A DNA stretch of 64,000 nt, from NCBI GenBank assembly GCA_951406725.2, contig OX597828.1, positions 57,226,001 through 57,290,000 of the forward strand. The letters are read 5' to 3'. The notes below the pieces were generated by a model, which was not told the origin of the DNA, did no database searches, and saw only the letters and a program-made list of their open reading frames with translations. The position numbers and the translations under genes are program-made. Shown in pieces: positions 41,681 through 53,823 of this stretch. This DNA is from Octopus vulgaris (taxonomy: Eukaryota). Every line of letters starts with the position of its first letter. The stretch's first letter is position 1.

Positions 41681-43724
41681 TTGGTCTGTGTTTTATTACT
41701 TCCTCGTTAATTTTTAGTAATAGAACTTATTTATTAAATTCATGGTGTTCTTGATAAAAAGAAAATATCGTCAGGAGAGCTTCCTAACATACACATTATA
41801 CTTTTATCATACGACAGAGAAAAGGCAAAAATCTGCATATAAAATACAAATTAATAAACTTCACAGAATGCCGATTTTACTGAAAAATATGAAAATTCTA
41901 ATACCTTCACGAAAGGTTTTGTGCTGTCCACTTTGTCAGTATCTATTTGAGTTCTGCGTATGAGGAATTTGCAAGGTGTAGAGGCGCATGCGTTCTGTCA
42001 GCGTCACATTTTAAAACTTCCACAAAAATATGTTGGTTGAGGATTTATTATTGTCAGTTAACATGTTGGGTTTCGCATTAGATGTTTCAAAGAATGTTAT
42101 AATTATTGTTTTGTTCCTCTAGCTGTCTTTATCCGTGTGAAGCCGTAGAACGATGTTTTCGTGTGAAAATCAAGAAGAGAATTCTTTCAAACGTGTGAAT
42201 CTAAATAATGTGGTAACACATCGAGCTAAATCCGATCGGTGATTCGGTGGCTAAATTCATGCAAAATGGCAATGCTTGGAATACAGTCGTGTGCTATAAA
42301 AGTCAATGAATTTATACTCGAGGAAAAAGGTATAGATGAATATTTAAACAATGGTTGCTGGAGCAGAAACAAAGACGACAGTCCCGAGATGAAATTACAC
42401 AAATGTCAATAAAAGCATTAATAATGTAAAGAAAATTTTAATTGCATCAGTAATACTGTACCATATTCAATGTATATGTGTGTGTGAGTGTGTGTGTATA
42501 TATATAAATATATATATATAAATATATGAGTGTGTATGCGTACGTGAATGCACTCATATGAACATAGGCATGCGTTTGTATCGAATGTTTGACATGCACA
42601 CATATACTTATGTACGTATTCATTTATGCGTGTGCTTGTGTATCTGTATGTGAGCCTGTGCATGCGTAGACTGATGTCTGAATCTGTGCAGATGAGTGCA
42701 TTCATTTATTGAACGTGAGGAAGGGTTATTGATGAAATTACACGAAATTGTTAGGTTTCATAAGTGTACGGAATGAAATATTAACAACTAATTGAAGTAA
42801 ACAAAGCCAAATGCAGTTCTCCGCTCTTGAGAGCCTCTAGAGACAAATTTCAAAACATTTATTTTGGAGCCGAGATGTAATCTGCTAATATTGATTCGAA
42901 AATGTAACACAAATATATTAGCATTAATAATCTCTTTAGCCGTTACGTGGTGTATTGTTACTAATATATTAATTTTATCATTTAATCATTGGGAAAACCA
43001 AGAATAAATAGCAATTATTATTTTAAAATATGAATTATCTGTTTATGAATTTATACAATGAACGATGTACATAAATTACCTATATAATTATACGAATACA
43101 TAGATAAAATCTATATAATTGCATAAGCTTACGCTCAATAAATAGGCTATTATTTTCACAGATGAGAGAAGGACAGCTTATTTGGTTTCGATTTCTCTTC
43201 GGTAGTTTTCAATTTATTAGTCTGAGGGAGATTATAGAATCTGATTTAAATACAGAGTGAGTGAGAGAGAGGAGAGGAACAGACAGACAGACAATCAGAC
43301 AGACGGACACACTGACAGACGGAGACAGAATGAGTATCCTATGATGATACATTAAAAACCGCAATAAAGAGCAGAAACTTCTTTTATGCGAATACATATG
43401 CACACATAGCTTGAAAATGTGCATAGATTAGAGAAAATAAAAGCAAGGCAGCGTCGTTTTACATAGGTTGTTAAATAAATTCGACAGCATTCACGATATC
43501 ATGAGAGGTTTAACAAGAAAACTTAACTGTGAGGCTGTAAAATATACAAAGTAAAGGACAATGATAGTGCAATTCTAGGTAGAAGCGATATATTTCTACA
43601 ATGAGGTTAAATACATCATTACGAGACAAAGATAATAATATATTTTTTAGCTTCCGAATTTAAAAACACAAGCACAAACATAAGTACGTGCATTTTCACA
43701 CGCAACATATATTTATGCAAATAA

Positions 43725-43758
<34 letters not shown>

Positions 43759-43763
<5 letters not shown>

Positions 43764-44072
43764 AATTAAGGACTGAACACGAAAAGTGGACAGTCAACAT
43801 GCTAGATATAGACGTCAAATCGCCATTCTCCACAAAGATTATGTTCTCAATTAAAACTCAGCACAACACTTTGGTTTTGTGCTGAGTTTTATTTGAGAAC
43901 ATAATCTTTGTGGAGAATGGCGATTTGACGTCTATATCTAGCATGTTGACTGTCCACTTTTCGTTTTCAGTCCTTAATTGGTATACATATATATTTTAAT
44001 CTTCGGATTCTTTTTAATATGCTAGACCACTGGTTTTAATTGATAAATATCAATTTATACCCTTAATTAATT
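43759..44072. repeat. Near-perfect hairpin (~105-bp arms) in a (TA)n-embedded element
   Basis: 43759-43867 is the reverse complement of about 43874-43984 with 3 mismatches seen and a ~6-nt loop. Confidence 0.85.
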
Positions 44073-44097
<25 letters not shown>

Positions 44098-44105
<8 letters not shown>

Positions 44106-44403
44106 ATCACGTGACCGACCAGACCATCAGATGTTGTTACACATCGCTGGTCATAATGCGTTCGCATTGTTTTAGCCTTCGAATGACGCAAACCCCGCTG
44201 GCTAAGCGAGCAGGCCAACAGAAGAAAGAGTGGGAGAAAGAGTGGTGAAAGAGTACAGCAGGGATCACCACCCCCTGCCGGAGCATCGTGGAGCTTTTTA
44301 GGTGTTTTCGCTCAATAAACACTCACAACGCCCGGCCTGGGAATCGAAACCGCGATCCTACGACCGCGAGTTCGCTGCCCTAACTACTGGGCCATTGCGC
44401 CTC

Positions 44404-44404
<1 letters not shown>
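44098..44404 (-). mobile_element. tRNA-derived SINE family C
   Basis: Minus-strand head GGAGGCGCAATGGCCCAGTAGTTAGGGC...GGTTTCGATTCCC with A/B boxes. Related copies at about 46270-46454(-), 46730-46873(-) and 55361-55665(+). Confidence 0.8.
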
Positions 44405-44445
<41 letters not shown>

Positions 44446-44706
44446 CATGCATGTATATATATATATGTATGGAGAAAAAATATACATACGCCCACATACA
44501 TAGAGAATATATAATTGATAGATGCATAAGTAGTACTAATAGTAAAATGTAATATTTATTGCCCACTTAAAATGGTTTTGCGTTACAACAGGAAATGCAG
44601 GTCCCCTCCTGTTAAATAACGCAGTATTCTATCTTTTAAGACAACACGAACTTTAAGTGGGATATATATATATATAAATAATATATATATATATATATAT
44701 GTATAT

Positions 44707-44789
<83 letters not shown>

Positions 44790-44963
44790 GTATATATATA
44801 TATTATGACGCTCCACGTGTACTGATATCAGATTGCTCTAACTCCTAGTAAATAATGCATGTTTGATTGTTAATATGATGTGATCACAGTCAGCGCAAAA
44901 CACATGTCATTTATATAATTTGGTGATTTTCATACCGATAAAGATGCATATAAGTGTGTGTTT

Positions 44964-45003
<40 letters not shown>

Positions 45004-45174
45004 AAATGCATGTATAGACTTATACAGACAACCACACAAGTGCGCGCACTCAGAGTCCCAAGCGCATACACGTGCGCCTATGCAATCATTCACACACAGG
45101 TGGAAGCAACAGTGGATATACATTTCAGTATATAGTTATATAAATACAGATGTGCATGTGTATATATGTGTATA

Positions 45175-45228
<54 letters not shown>

Positions 45229-45289
45229 TGTGTGTGCGTTTATATATATATATATTTTTTTTTTTTTTTTATTCTATAGTTTCAGCTCA

Positions 45290-45520
45290 GAGCTCCGGCC
45301 ATGCTGATGCACCGCCGTTTTGTGCTACACTGTTATTGCGAAGAACCTCGTCTAATATGTGGCATTTGGGGAAGAATGGAGTTTGATGTAGCTACTCTCA
45401 TTTGCACCTCTTGCCGTGAGGTAGGTTCATCTGGGGCTCTCGACAGGAAGATGTCCAGCTTTGATTTAAAAACCGCTACATCTACTTTGTGCAAGTTCCT
45501 CAGACTCTTTGGGAGAATAT

Positions 45521-45525
<5 letters not shown>
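45290..45525 (-). mobile_element. CR1/L2-group LINE extreme 3' end
   Basis: FNILPKSLRNL..VDVAVFKSKLDIFLSRAPDEP motif. Confidence 0.7.
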
Positions 45526-45572
<47 letters not shown>

Positions 45573-46878
45573 GTATACATATATATATATACTTACTTTG
45601 TGTGAGTATGTTGTTGTTTGTTCCCTGTCGAGCCATGCCTGGTTCATAAGGGCTGGTTTTCCTGTTTCATTGACATATAGGTTACCAACCGGTTTTTTTT
45701 TCTACGAGAATTACGGACCCCAGATACGAACTCATCTACATGCAACCAATCAGAGCTGAACTATCAATCTTATTTATGACCGCATAAGTGATGGGTGGTA
45801 AGATAATGTCAGTTGGGTAAGGTATGACGATGCTTATTTTCCCATTTTATAATGCTTGTTGTTTTTGTTCTTGCTTCAACCATGGCTGCCTCTGCGTAGT
45901 TATTTGTGTTGTTATTTACTTTGTAAAAAGTAAGCGGAAACGTTTGCTAGCACACCACTTTCTACCCACGTTTTTTCCAATTCACATCTTTACCATATGG
46001 CGCCCTAAAAAAATCCGATAATAGTCATAGATGAAAATCTATTTAATTACTTCCTCCTTCTGAAATCAGGCATAGCTTAGCGATGGGTCGACTTACAATA
46101 CCGTTCTTCGTTTTGAGTTTACTTGGTAGAGTGTTTTTATTAACTGAGCAACAAGGTCAAAGTGAGCTCTGATTGGCTGTATGCAAATGAGTTCATTACT
46201 GAAGTCCGCAACTCTTGTGTTAAAAAACAAATTTTACGGACAGGACTACGGTACGTAGCAGCTGAGCTGCTACTTGTAGGACGAAAGAGTGTGAATAAGT
46301 TGTGGCAAAAATGCCCGCAGAACTTCACCATTACCTTCTGCTGGAGCCGCGTGGAGCTTAGTTGTTTCGCTCAAGAAAACAGACATTGCCCGGTCTGAGA
46401 TTCGAACCCTCGACTGCGTGTCCGCTGCTCTAACTACTAGGCCATGTGCCTCCACTTGTGTGAGTATTTGTGCAAAAACAATGAGATGCAGAGAGTCAGT
46501 TAATGTGTAGCACTATAAATAAATCATTTGTGAAGGTCGGTTACATCGGCAAGGGTTCTAGTTGATCCAATCAACGTAACAGCCTGCTCATGAAGTTTAC
46601 GTGCAAAGGGCTGAGCGATCCACAGACACATGTACTCATTAACGCAGTTCACGGAAGGATTCGGCGTGACACAGAAAGTGAAAACGCTGTCCCTTTGAAA
46701 TACAGGTACAACAGAAAGAGTAAGAAAGATCGAGAGAAAGATGCAGTAGAAGATTCCAGCAGGGTTCGCCATCACACGCCATCTCCAGGTGTTTTCGTTC
46801 AATCAACACTCACAACATCCGGTCTGGGAGTTAGCGAGTCCGCTGCCCTAAACAACAGGCCGTTGCGCCTCCACATTA

Positions 46879-46910
<32 letters not shown>

Positions 46911-47076
46911 ATAGTTATCGCCATACTAATATGGCATTCTTATAAAAATAAGAAAAAAGCTGTCCGCTTATTAGCTCCATGAGGCCATCGCCTTAAGTTA
47001 GCTATTTGATACACAAACTGTATCCATATAACCTTCGAACTAGGGAGGTCAGTCGCTCCACACTACTTGACCGGCA

Positions 47077-47118
47077 GCTACAGACGCGTTTCGGGGTATT
47101 GCCCCTTTTCAATGCAGC
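47077..47118 (-). ncRNA. Minimal type I hammerhead ribozyme (U3-A8 variant), copy 1
   Basis: GCTGCA TTGAAAA GGGG-CAATA-CCCC GAAA CGCGTC^ TGTAGC: stem I 6 bp, stem II 4 bp, palindromic ACGCGT stem III and a GUC cleavage triplet. Confidence 0.75.
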
Positions 47119-47438
47119 GTAGCCAGCCAGTAGGTGTCGCTTCCGACAATCTCTGTTCGATGGTTTTATTTACCTAGTTTCGGTGGAATACATCCACTTG
47201 TTTTCAATAATAGAAATATTAAAATAACTAAGTCTCTCTAAAAGAGAACAGCGGCAGCGTTCCCGGAAAATAATAGTTATCGCCATACTAATATGGCATT
47301 CTTATAAAAATAAGAAAAAAGCTGTCCGCTTATTAGCTCCATGAGGCCATCGCCTTAAGTTAGCTATTTGATACACAAACTGTATCCATATAACCTTCGA
47401 ACAAGGGAGGTCAGTCGCTCCACACTACTTGACCGGCA

Positions 47439-47480
47439 GCTACAGACGCGTTTCGGGGTATTGCCCCTTTTCAATGCAGC
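47439..47480 (-). ncRNA. Hammerhead ribozyme copy 2
   Basis: Identical to copy 1. Confidence 0.75.
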
Positions 47481-47799
47481 GTAGCCAGCCAGTAGGTGTC
47501 GCTTCCGACAATCTCTGTTCGATGGTTTTATTTACCTAGTTTCGGTGGAATACATCCACTTGTTTTCAATAATAGAAATATTAAAATAACTAAGTCTCTC
47601 TAAAAGAGAACAGCGGCAGCGTTCCCGGAAAATAATAGTTATCGCCATACTAATATGGCATTCTTATAAAAATAAGAAAAAAGCTGTCCGCTTATTAGCT
47701 CCATGAGGCCATCGCCTTAAGTTAGCTATTTGATACACAAACTGTATCCATATAACCTTCGAACAAGGAGGTCAGTCGCTCCACACTACTTGACCGGCA

Positions 47800-47841
47800 G
47801 CTACAGACGCGTTTCGGGGTATTGCCCCTTTTCAATGCAGC
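47800..47841 (-). ncRNA. Hammerhead ribozyme copy 3
   Basis: Identical to copy 1. Confidence 0.75.
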
Positions 47842-48147
47842 GTAGCCAGCCAGTAGGTGTCGCTTCCGACAATCTCTGTTCGATGGTTTTATTTACCTAG
47901 TTTCGGTGGAATACATCCACTTGTTTTCAATAATAGAAATATTAAAATAACTAAGTCTCTCTAAAAGAGAACAGCGGCAGCGTTCCCGGAAAATAATAGT
48001 TATCGCCATACTAATATGGCATTCTTATAAAAATAAGAAAAAAGCTGTCCGCTTATTAGCTCCATGAGGCCATCGCCTTAAGTTAGCTATTTGATACACA
48101 AACTGTATCCATATAACCTTCGAACAAGGGAGGTCAGTCGCTCCACA

Positions 48148-48188
48148 CTGCATTGAAAAGGGGCAATACCCCGAAACGCGTCTGTAGC
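48148..48188 (+). ncRNA. Hammerhead ribozyme copy 4 (inverted arm, begins at the junction)
   Basis: CTGCATTGAAAAGGGGCAATACCCCGAAACGCGTCTGTAGC. Confidence 0.72.
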
Positions 48189-48507
48189 TGCCGGTCAAGT
48201 AGTGTGGAGCGACTGACCTCCCTTGTTCGAAGGTTATATGGATACAGTTTGTGTATCAAATAGCTAACTTAAGGCGATGGCCTCATGGAGCTAATAAGCG
48301 GACAGCTTTTTCTTATTTTTATAAGAATGCCATATTAGTATGGCGATAACTATTATTTTCCGGGAACGCTGCCGCTGTTCTCTTTTAGAGAGACTTAGTT
48401 ATTTTAATATTTCTATTATTGAAAACAAGTGGATGTATTCCACCGAAACTAGGTAAATAAAACCATCGAACAGAGATTGTCGGAAGCGACACCTACTGGC
48501 TGGCTAC

Positions 48508-48548
48508 GCGCATTGAAAAGGGGCAATACCCCGAAACGCGTCTGTAGC
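48508..48548 (+). ncRNA. Hammerhead ribozyme copy 5 (1-nt deletion in stem I)
   Basis: GCGCATTGAAAAGGGGCAATACCCCGAAACGCGTCTGTAGC. Confidence 0.65.
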
Positions 48549-48773
48549 TGCCGGTCAAGTAGTGTGGAGCGACTGACCTCCCTTGTTCGAAGGTTATATG
48601 GATACAGTTTGTGTATCAAATAGCTAACTTAAGGCGATGGCCTCATGGAGCTAATAAGCGGACAGCTTTTTTCTTATTTTTATAAGAATGCCATATTAGT
48701 ATGGCGATAACTATTATTTTCCGGGAACGCTCCGCTGTTCTCTTTTAGAGAGACTTAGTTATTTTAATATTTC

Positions 48774-48844
<71 letters not shown>

Positions 48845-48999
48845 TATACAAGGATAAGGTCGTTAATTTAAAAATAAAATAACGATTTAACAAGTGGTCA
48901 GCATGGAAAAATAAACTTCAAAGGTAATAATTATTAAAATTATAAATTAGGGTATCTACGAGATACCACCATGCTGAAAATAGCAGCCATGATCTCACT

Positions 49000-51090
49000 C
49001 TACTGGATAACACACCAATCCCCGTCCTCTTTCTTTCCTCTTTACATATAATCTTGACATTCTCTATTGGGGTGTAGTTCCCTGTTCATTTTCATTAATT
49101 TACGTGTTCTCCGGTCTGTCTATTGTAATTCATGTTTCTTCCATATCTCATTAAAGCAACCACCCTTTTAGCTTCGATTGTAGCACATGCTGAGTTCTCA
49201 AATACTCTTTCCTGTGCATTTCTTTCATCTTGTGTTCATTCATACTATCGCTTTCATTTATCCCAGACATTTATATCCTTCCTCTCCGACTTCCTTTATA
49301 ACTTCACCACTTTCCAGCTTCATCGCATGGCTTTTAGTGATTTTTACTCTTTTGAAAATCATTATACCACATTTCTTGATCCCATATTCCATGCCAATAT
49401 ATTTGCTAATCATCTGCTCAGTTGCGGTCAAATTCTCAATTTCTTTCTCAAACCTTAGAGAATAAATTTAGGTCATTCTTAAACCACAGGTTGTTTACTT
49501 TCACCCTGCCTAACATGTACCCCACACACATCTTTCTTAAAATGCTCGTTAGTGATGTATGCAGATAACAAATAGGTGAGACGACAGACTATTCCCTTGA
49601 AAGATTCCTCTTTTGATATTTACCTCTCCCAACATAACCCCCAGTTCTTTGAGTTCAGGTCGTTACGTTGTCATTGTGTTTTGCATTAAGTTCATGATAT
49701 TAAGCAGCTTAAGGTACTTAATAAACCACGAATATGGGACAATGTCATAACCTTTTCTGTAGTCCACCCATTCCATCGACAAGCTTTTGAGCCTCTTCTT
49801 GCAGCAAACCAAGATAGTTTTATCGATTATTAGTAGATACATCGTTCCTCCTCTCTTACGTCTACACCATTTTTGTTCCACTGGTAGCAGGTGGTTCTCA
49901 TCTAGGTACTTATAGATGCTGTTTGATATGATGCCCGTCATCAGTTTTCACATCAGTTTTCCAAATACATTTCCTTTACTTGGGTCCTTCTGGCATAGTA
50001 ACTTTCTTACTTTTGTCATACAGGCCAGTACTTAGATGCTATTACTCAGTATTTCGTCCATACGTCTCACCAAATCTCTCGTGAAGACCTGTCAGATTTT
50101 AAACCAAAAACCCTGAACCCCATCTGGATCAAGCGCTTTTCAGTTAGACATTTTCATCTCAGTTATTCTCAAATCCTCCGGCTGATACTCTCCACTCTCC
50201 ACTCTCCTCTTTGAGTGTCTTTAACCACTCTGCTTCAGTTTTGTGTTGTTTTTCCTGAGACCATATGTTTCACCAGAATCTTTTGCTTTCATCAGCATCC
50301 GGTATGGCATTTTCAACATTTTCCTTCCCATCCAATTCCTGATAGACTCTTTTTTGATTTGGTTCGTAAAGTCTATTTAATCTGTGCTGCTCATTTCTCT
50401 GTTCAAATATCTTTAGTTTATATGTTTTTACTTTCAACCTCTGTTTTAATTTCTCAAACACAATATTGATTTCCAGTCTAGCTCAACATTTTTCTCTCGC
50501 TGAACTGCATTTCTTTTTTTCTGGTTACGATAAAAAACTGCGTTATTCTCCTTTTCCGCCATAGCTCCTTCAGGTTATGTTGACATTACCTTTGGCTTTC
50601 AAGCCTAAATTCCGAGCTATAAAGATCGAGATTGCATTTATCACATTATTGGTGTCTGTGATATTGTCAGTCCGCATTTCACCAGTGATATCATTTATCT
50701 TCCTGACTCATTCATTGAGTTTCTCTCTGTCTACGTTTATAAACCCCGTATTAAAGCGCTGTTCACCAGAAGTCCAAATATCAATGATTTCCTTTAGAAT
50801 GGATATCTGTTCCTCGGTTCTCTCATCGCATTTCTGATCAATAATCTCAGATTTATGTTTGATTTATTCCTTTAATACCACTGCCATAGTTTCACTATCT
50901 GCATTCTATTCCATTCACCGCTGGTCTTATTATCCGTAAGCACCCGTCCCTTAATGCTTTCTAGGTCAACTTGAGATAAACATTCATTCTTTATGGTGGG
51001 TCTATCTTGCTCACACAGATTTTGTTCACTTAATTCAAATAGGCTTCTGTCGTTCCAAGCCCTGAGCATTCTTTTCCGATATACCCTACC
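49000..51090 (-). mobile_element. Degenerate R4/Dong-like retrotransposon
   Basis: YRKRMLRAW..SEQNL, NRLYEPNQKRVY...PDADESKRFW, LLPVEQKWCRRK..DYRKGYDIVPYSW and RGIFQGNSLSS. Confidence 0.8.
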
Positions 51091-51125
51091 AGGCAATTCA
51101 TTATTATTATTATTATTATTATTAT

Positions 51126-51184
<59 letters not shown>

Positions 51185-51189
51185 TTGAT

Positions 51190-53170
51190 ATTATTATCTC
51201 AGGTTTTGTTGGAAATCTTGGAGTCGTGCATGCGTAGATGGCTTACTACCTGTAGCCTATTGTACCATGCTAATCGTTATTTTCAGTTTTCTAATACTTT
51301 CCTGATTATTCTGGTTGTGCCAAGGAGGCGAAATTTTTGTAACAGTTCTATTGGGTACTCTATTCCAATTTCCTTTATATTTGTGATGCCTGCTGATACT
51401 GTCCCCAAGGACAAAAGAATAATTGGCATTATCTTCACCTTCATTTTTCCATTACTATTTCTGAACTGATAGTCTGCCTTTGCCTTCCTTACTAATAAAA
51501 TGATGGAGATCAAACATAAGACAAATATCAAAGGAAACAACGAGTACGCCTGGAAAATTTTTCCTTTGATATTAACTTTCCCTAAGCGTGTCTCACTTGG
51601 GTAGAGATCTATTTTACATTTCTTCATGCTAAAGTTAATTAATTCTCTTATGTCTTGTGCTATATTGAATGTACCCAGGCACTCACTTATCCATGAGCAT
51701 ATGATCATGATATAGACTTCCCTTTATTCCATCCATGCTATTGTTAGATTTTTTCTTTCTAGCTCTTACTTCATTGGAAACTGCTTTGTCTGTTTATATT
51801 AGATTATGTGTTTCTCTATCCTTCTTCCTGCAACATTGGTATCTTCTGGTTCTTAAGGTGCTCGTAAATGCTTTCTGAAAGCATTACTGTTAACAGTCTC
51901 CACACTAATGATAAGGAGCTGATTGGTCTATAGTAGCTAGCTGTTTTACAATTGCCCTTATCTTTCAGAAAGGGTATTGTCCCCAAGGTAATCCTGATTT
52001 TGTTCCCTCAGCCTCTCATGTAAAGTACTAAATATTTTTAGTCAGTACCTTTGAACTAAATCTGGACGTGGACCCTTCCAATTCGGTATTTCTCCTAAAA
52101 CGTTACTCATTAATGCACTAATTAGCCTTATATTTGGCTGCTTCTCTCTCACTATTTCTTCCCTCAGTTTTTAAAGCCATACTGCATCTCCATTATAATT
52201 GACTGGCTTATCTCAAATATTTCTCCAGAACTTTTTAGTTTCTTCTACATTAGGTTTCTTATCTTCAGTACTTCACTCTCCACTATTTATTTATTTATAA
52301 AACCTCCTCTGTTAAGTCTCAGATAATCTATTCTCTTGATACTGATTTCAGGAACGCCTGCCTGCTATTACTATGATACGCTGTTTCAACTCTTTTATTA
52401 CTCTCCCAAACCTTTCTCTTCGACTAAATATCTTGTCTCCAAATCTTTTGTTCAGACCATTTGCTCTTTCAATCATTCCGTGTGAGATATTTAATCTTCT
52501 AGTAATTACTGCCTCTCCTGCTCAGATCAATAAGTTGGTTTCTCCTATATTTTTAGTTTCTATGCTACTCATAAGAGAATCTACTTTCCAAGTCATTTCT
52601 AGCAGTTTCCTTATGTTGGTACCTTTTAATGCAGGCAATCTTTTTTACTACTTCTTTACACATTACTTACTACAATTCATCTAAAATCTTATCTTCCTCA
52701 CTTAAATCACTTAAATCGCTGTGACAGTTGTCACTTCCTTATTAGTAGCCTTTATATTATTTTCCCTTTAAGTATCTCTGAAGTTGGTGTTTGTCTTTCC
52801 TATTGCCTGGTCTTTCCTTTCTAGTTCTCTCGTGATCTCTGCCATCCAATTCTGCCATCGGCTTTCTTCTCTGAATAGCAACTACTAATCTATGCTCAGT
52901 CACTTTAAACATATACTACATCCGTTTCCTGTAGCCCCTTCTTTTGGGTTCACTTTCTAAGTAACATTGCATCGTTATCTTGCTTTCTTCGATGGCCCAC
53001 TTCATCCTCCTTATTCTATTATCCGCTGATGTTTTATTATGATAACGGCTGTGGTTACTCTGCATCTTCACTGAGCCACTGCCTTAAAGTTCCAGCTTCA
53101 TTATCACTGTTACACCAGATTTTCTTCGGAAACTCCTGTCTCTCATAAACTGAGCTACGGTCGTCACCAA
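51190..53170 (-). mobile_element. Degenerate R4/Dong-like retrotransposon
   Basis: IKGKIFQAYSLFPLIFVLCL, LLQKFRLLGTTRIIRKVL C-terminus, WKGPRPD. Ends in a (TAA)/(TAC) tail tract. Confidence 0.75.
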
Positions 53171-53788
53171 CGCCATCACCACATATATTTTTTATATATA
53201 TTTTATATATATTTTTTGGCACCTGACAGTTTCAAGCAATTTTCTATTGCATCATTTGTTGCACCTGTATGCTGGGGGTGGATATCGTATTGTATCAGTA
53301 TGTTTTGTTATGAGGTTTGGGCTGAGTCTTCTGTTGTATTAGTTTTTGTATTGTGTGTTGTTTATGCAGCGCAGCTTGTGTTCTTCTGTTGGGTATCGGA
53401 CTTCTGTGGCACACGTTGTGGGCTTTGTTCATATGAGTTTATTCCTGTATATTTTAGGAGTGATACATAGTAGGGTGTGTAAATCATAGATCAACTATTT
53501 CAAAGTATTAATGGTTATCTGTCCACCGTGGTTTTTCTGTTGGTTGCTTTTGTTATGGTTTCGTTGTTACAGAGTTCTGCTGTTTTCCGGAATTTAGCGC
53601 GCCAGAGCTGAGACATTAAAAAAAACTCCAATGTAATAGGTAGAACTGCACATACATCTAATTTTGTGAGGACAACCTGTGTATAGTTCTGCAATTTATA
53701 TTGAATTAGAACGGTCGTAGTGAAGGGCCATGGACGTTGTTACGTAAGTAAAATCGTTAATGGCGAAACTAGTCTACGATTAATACGA

Positions 53789-53823
<35 letters not shown>

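Larger units (their letters stand above)
46905..48779. repeat. 362-bp tandem array (~3.4 units) followed by ~1.7 inverted units, inserted in (TA)n; each full unit carries a hammerhead ribozyme
   Basis: Unit starts at 46905, 47267, 47629 and 47990. Inversion junction at about 48148. Units are nearly identical and the ORF track shows no ORF inside. Confidence 0.95.

Noticed and set aside
44340-44404. tRNA-like sequences at SINE heads (also 55361-55430)
   Set aside because: They have A/B boxes but continue into SINE bodies without a complete cloverleaf, so they are not tRNA genes.
46905-48779. Array considered as CRISPR or simple satellite
   Set aside because: No unique spacers and a eukaryotic context. 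The ribozyme fold and inversion fit a retroelement-derived array better.
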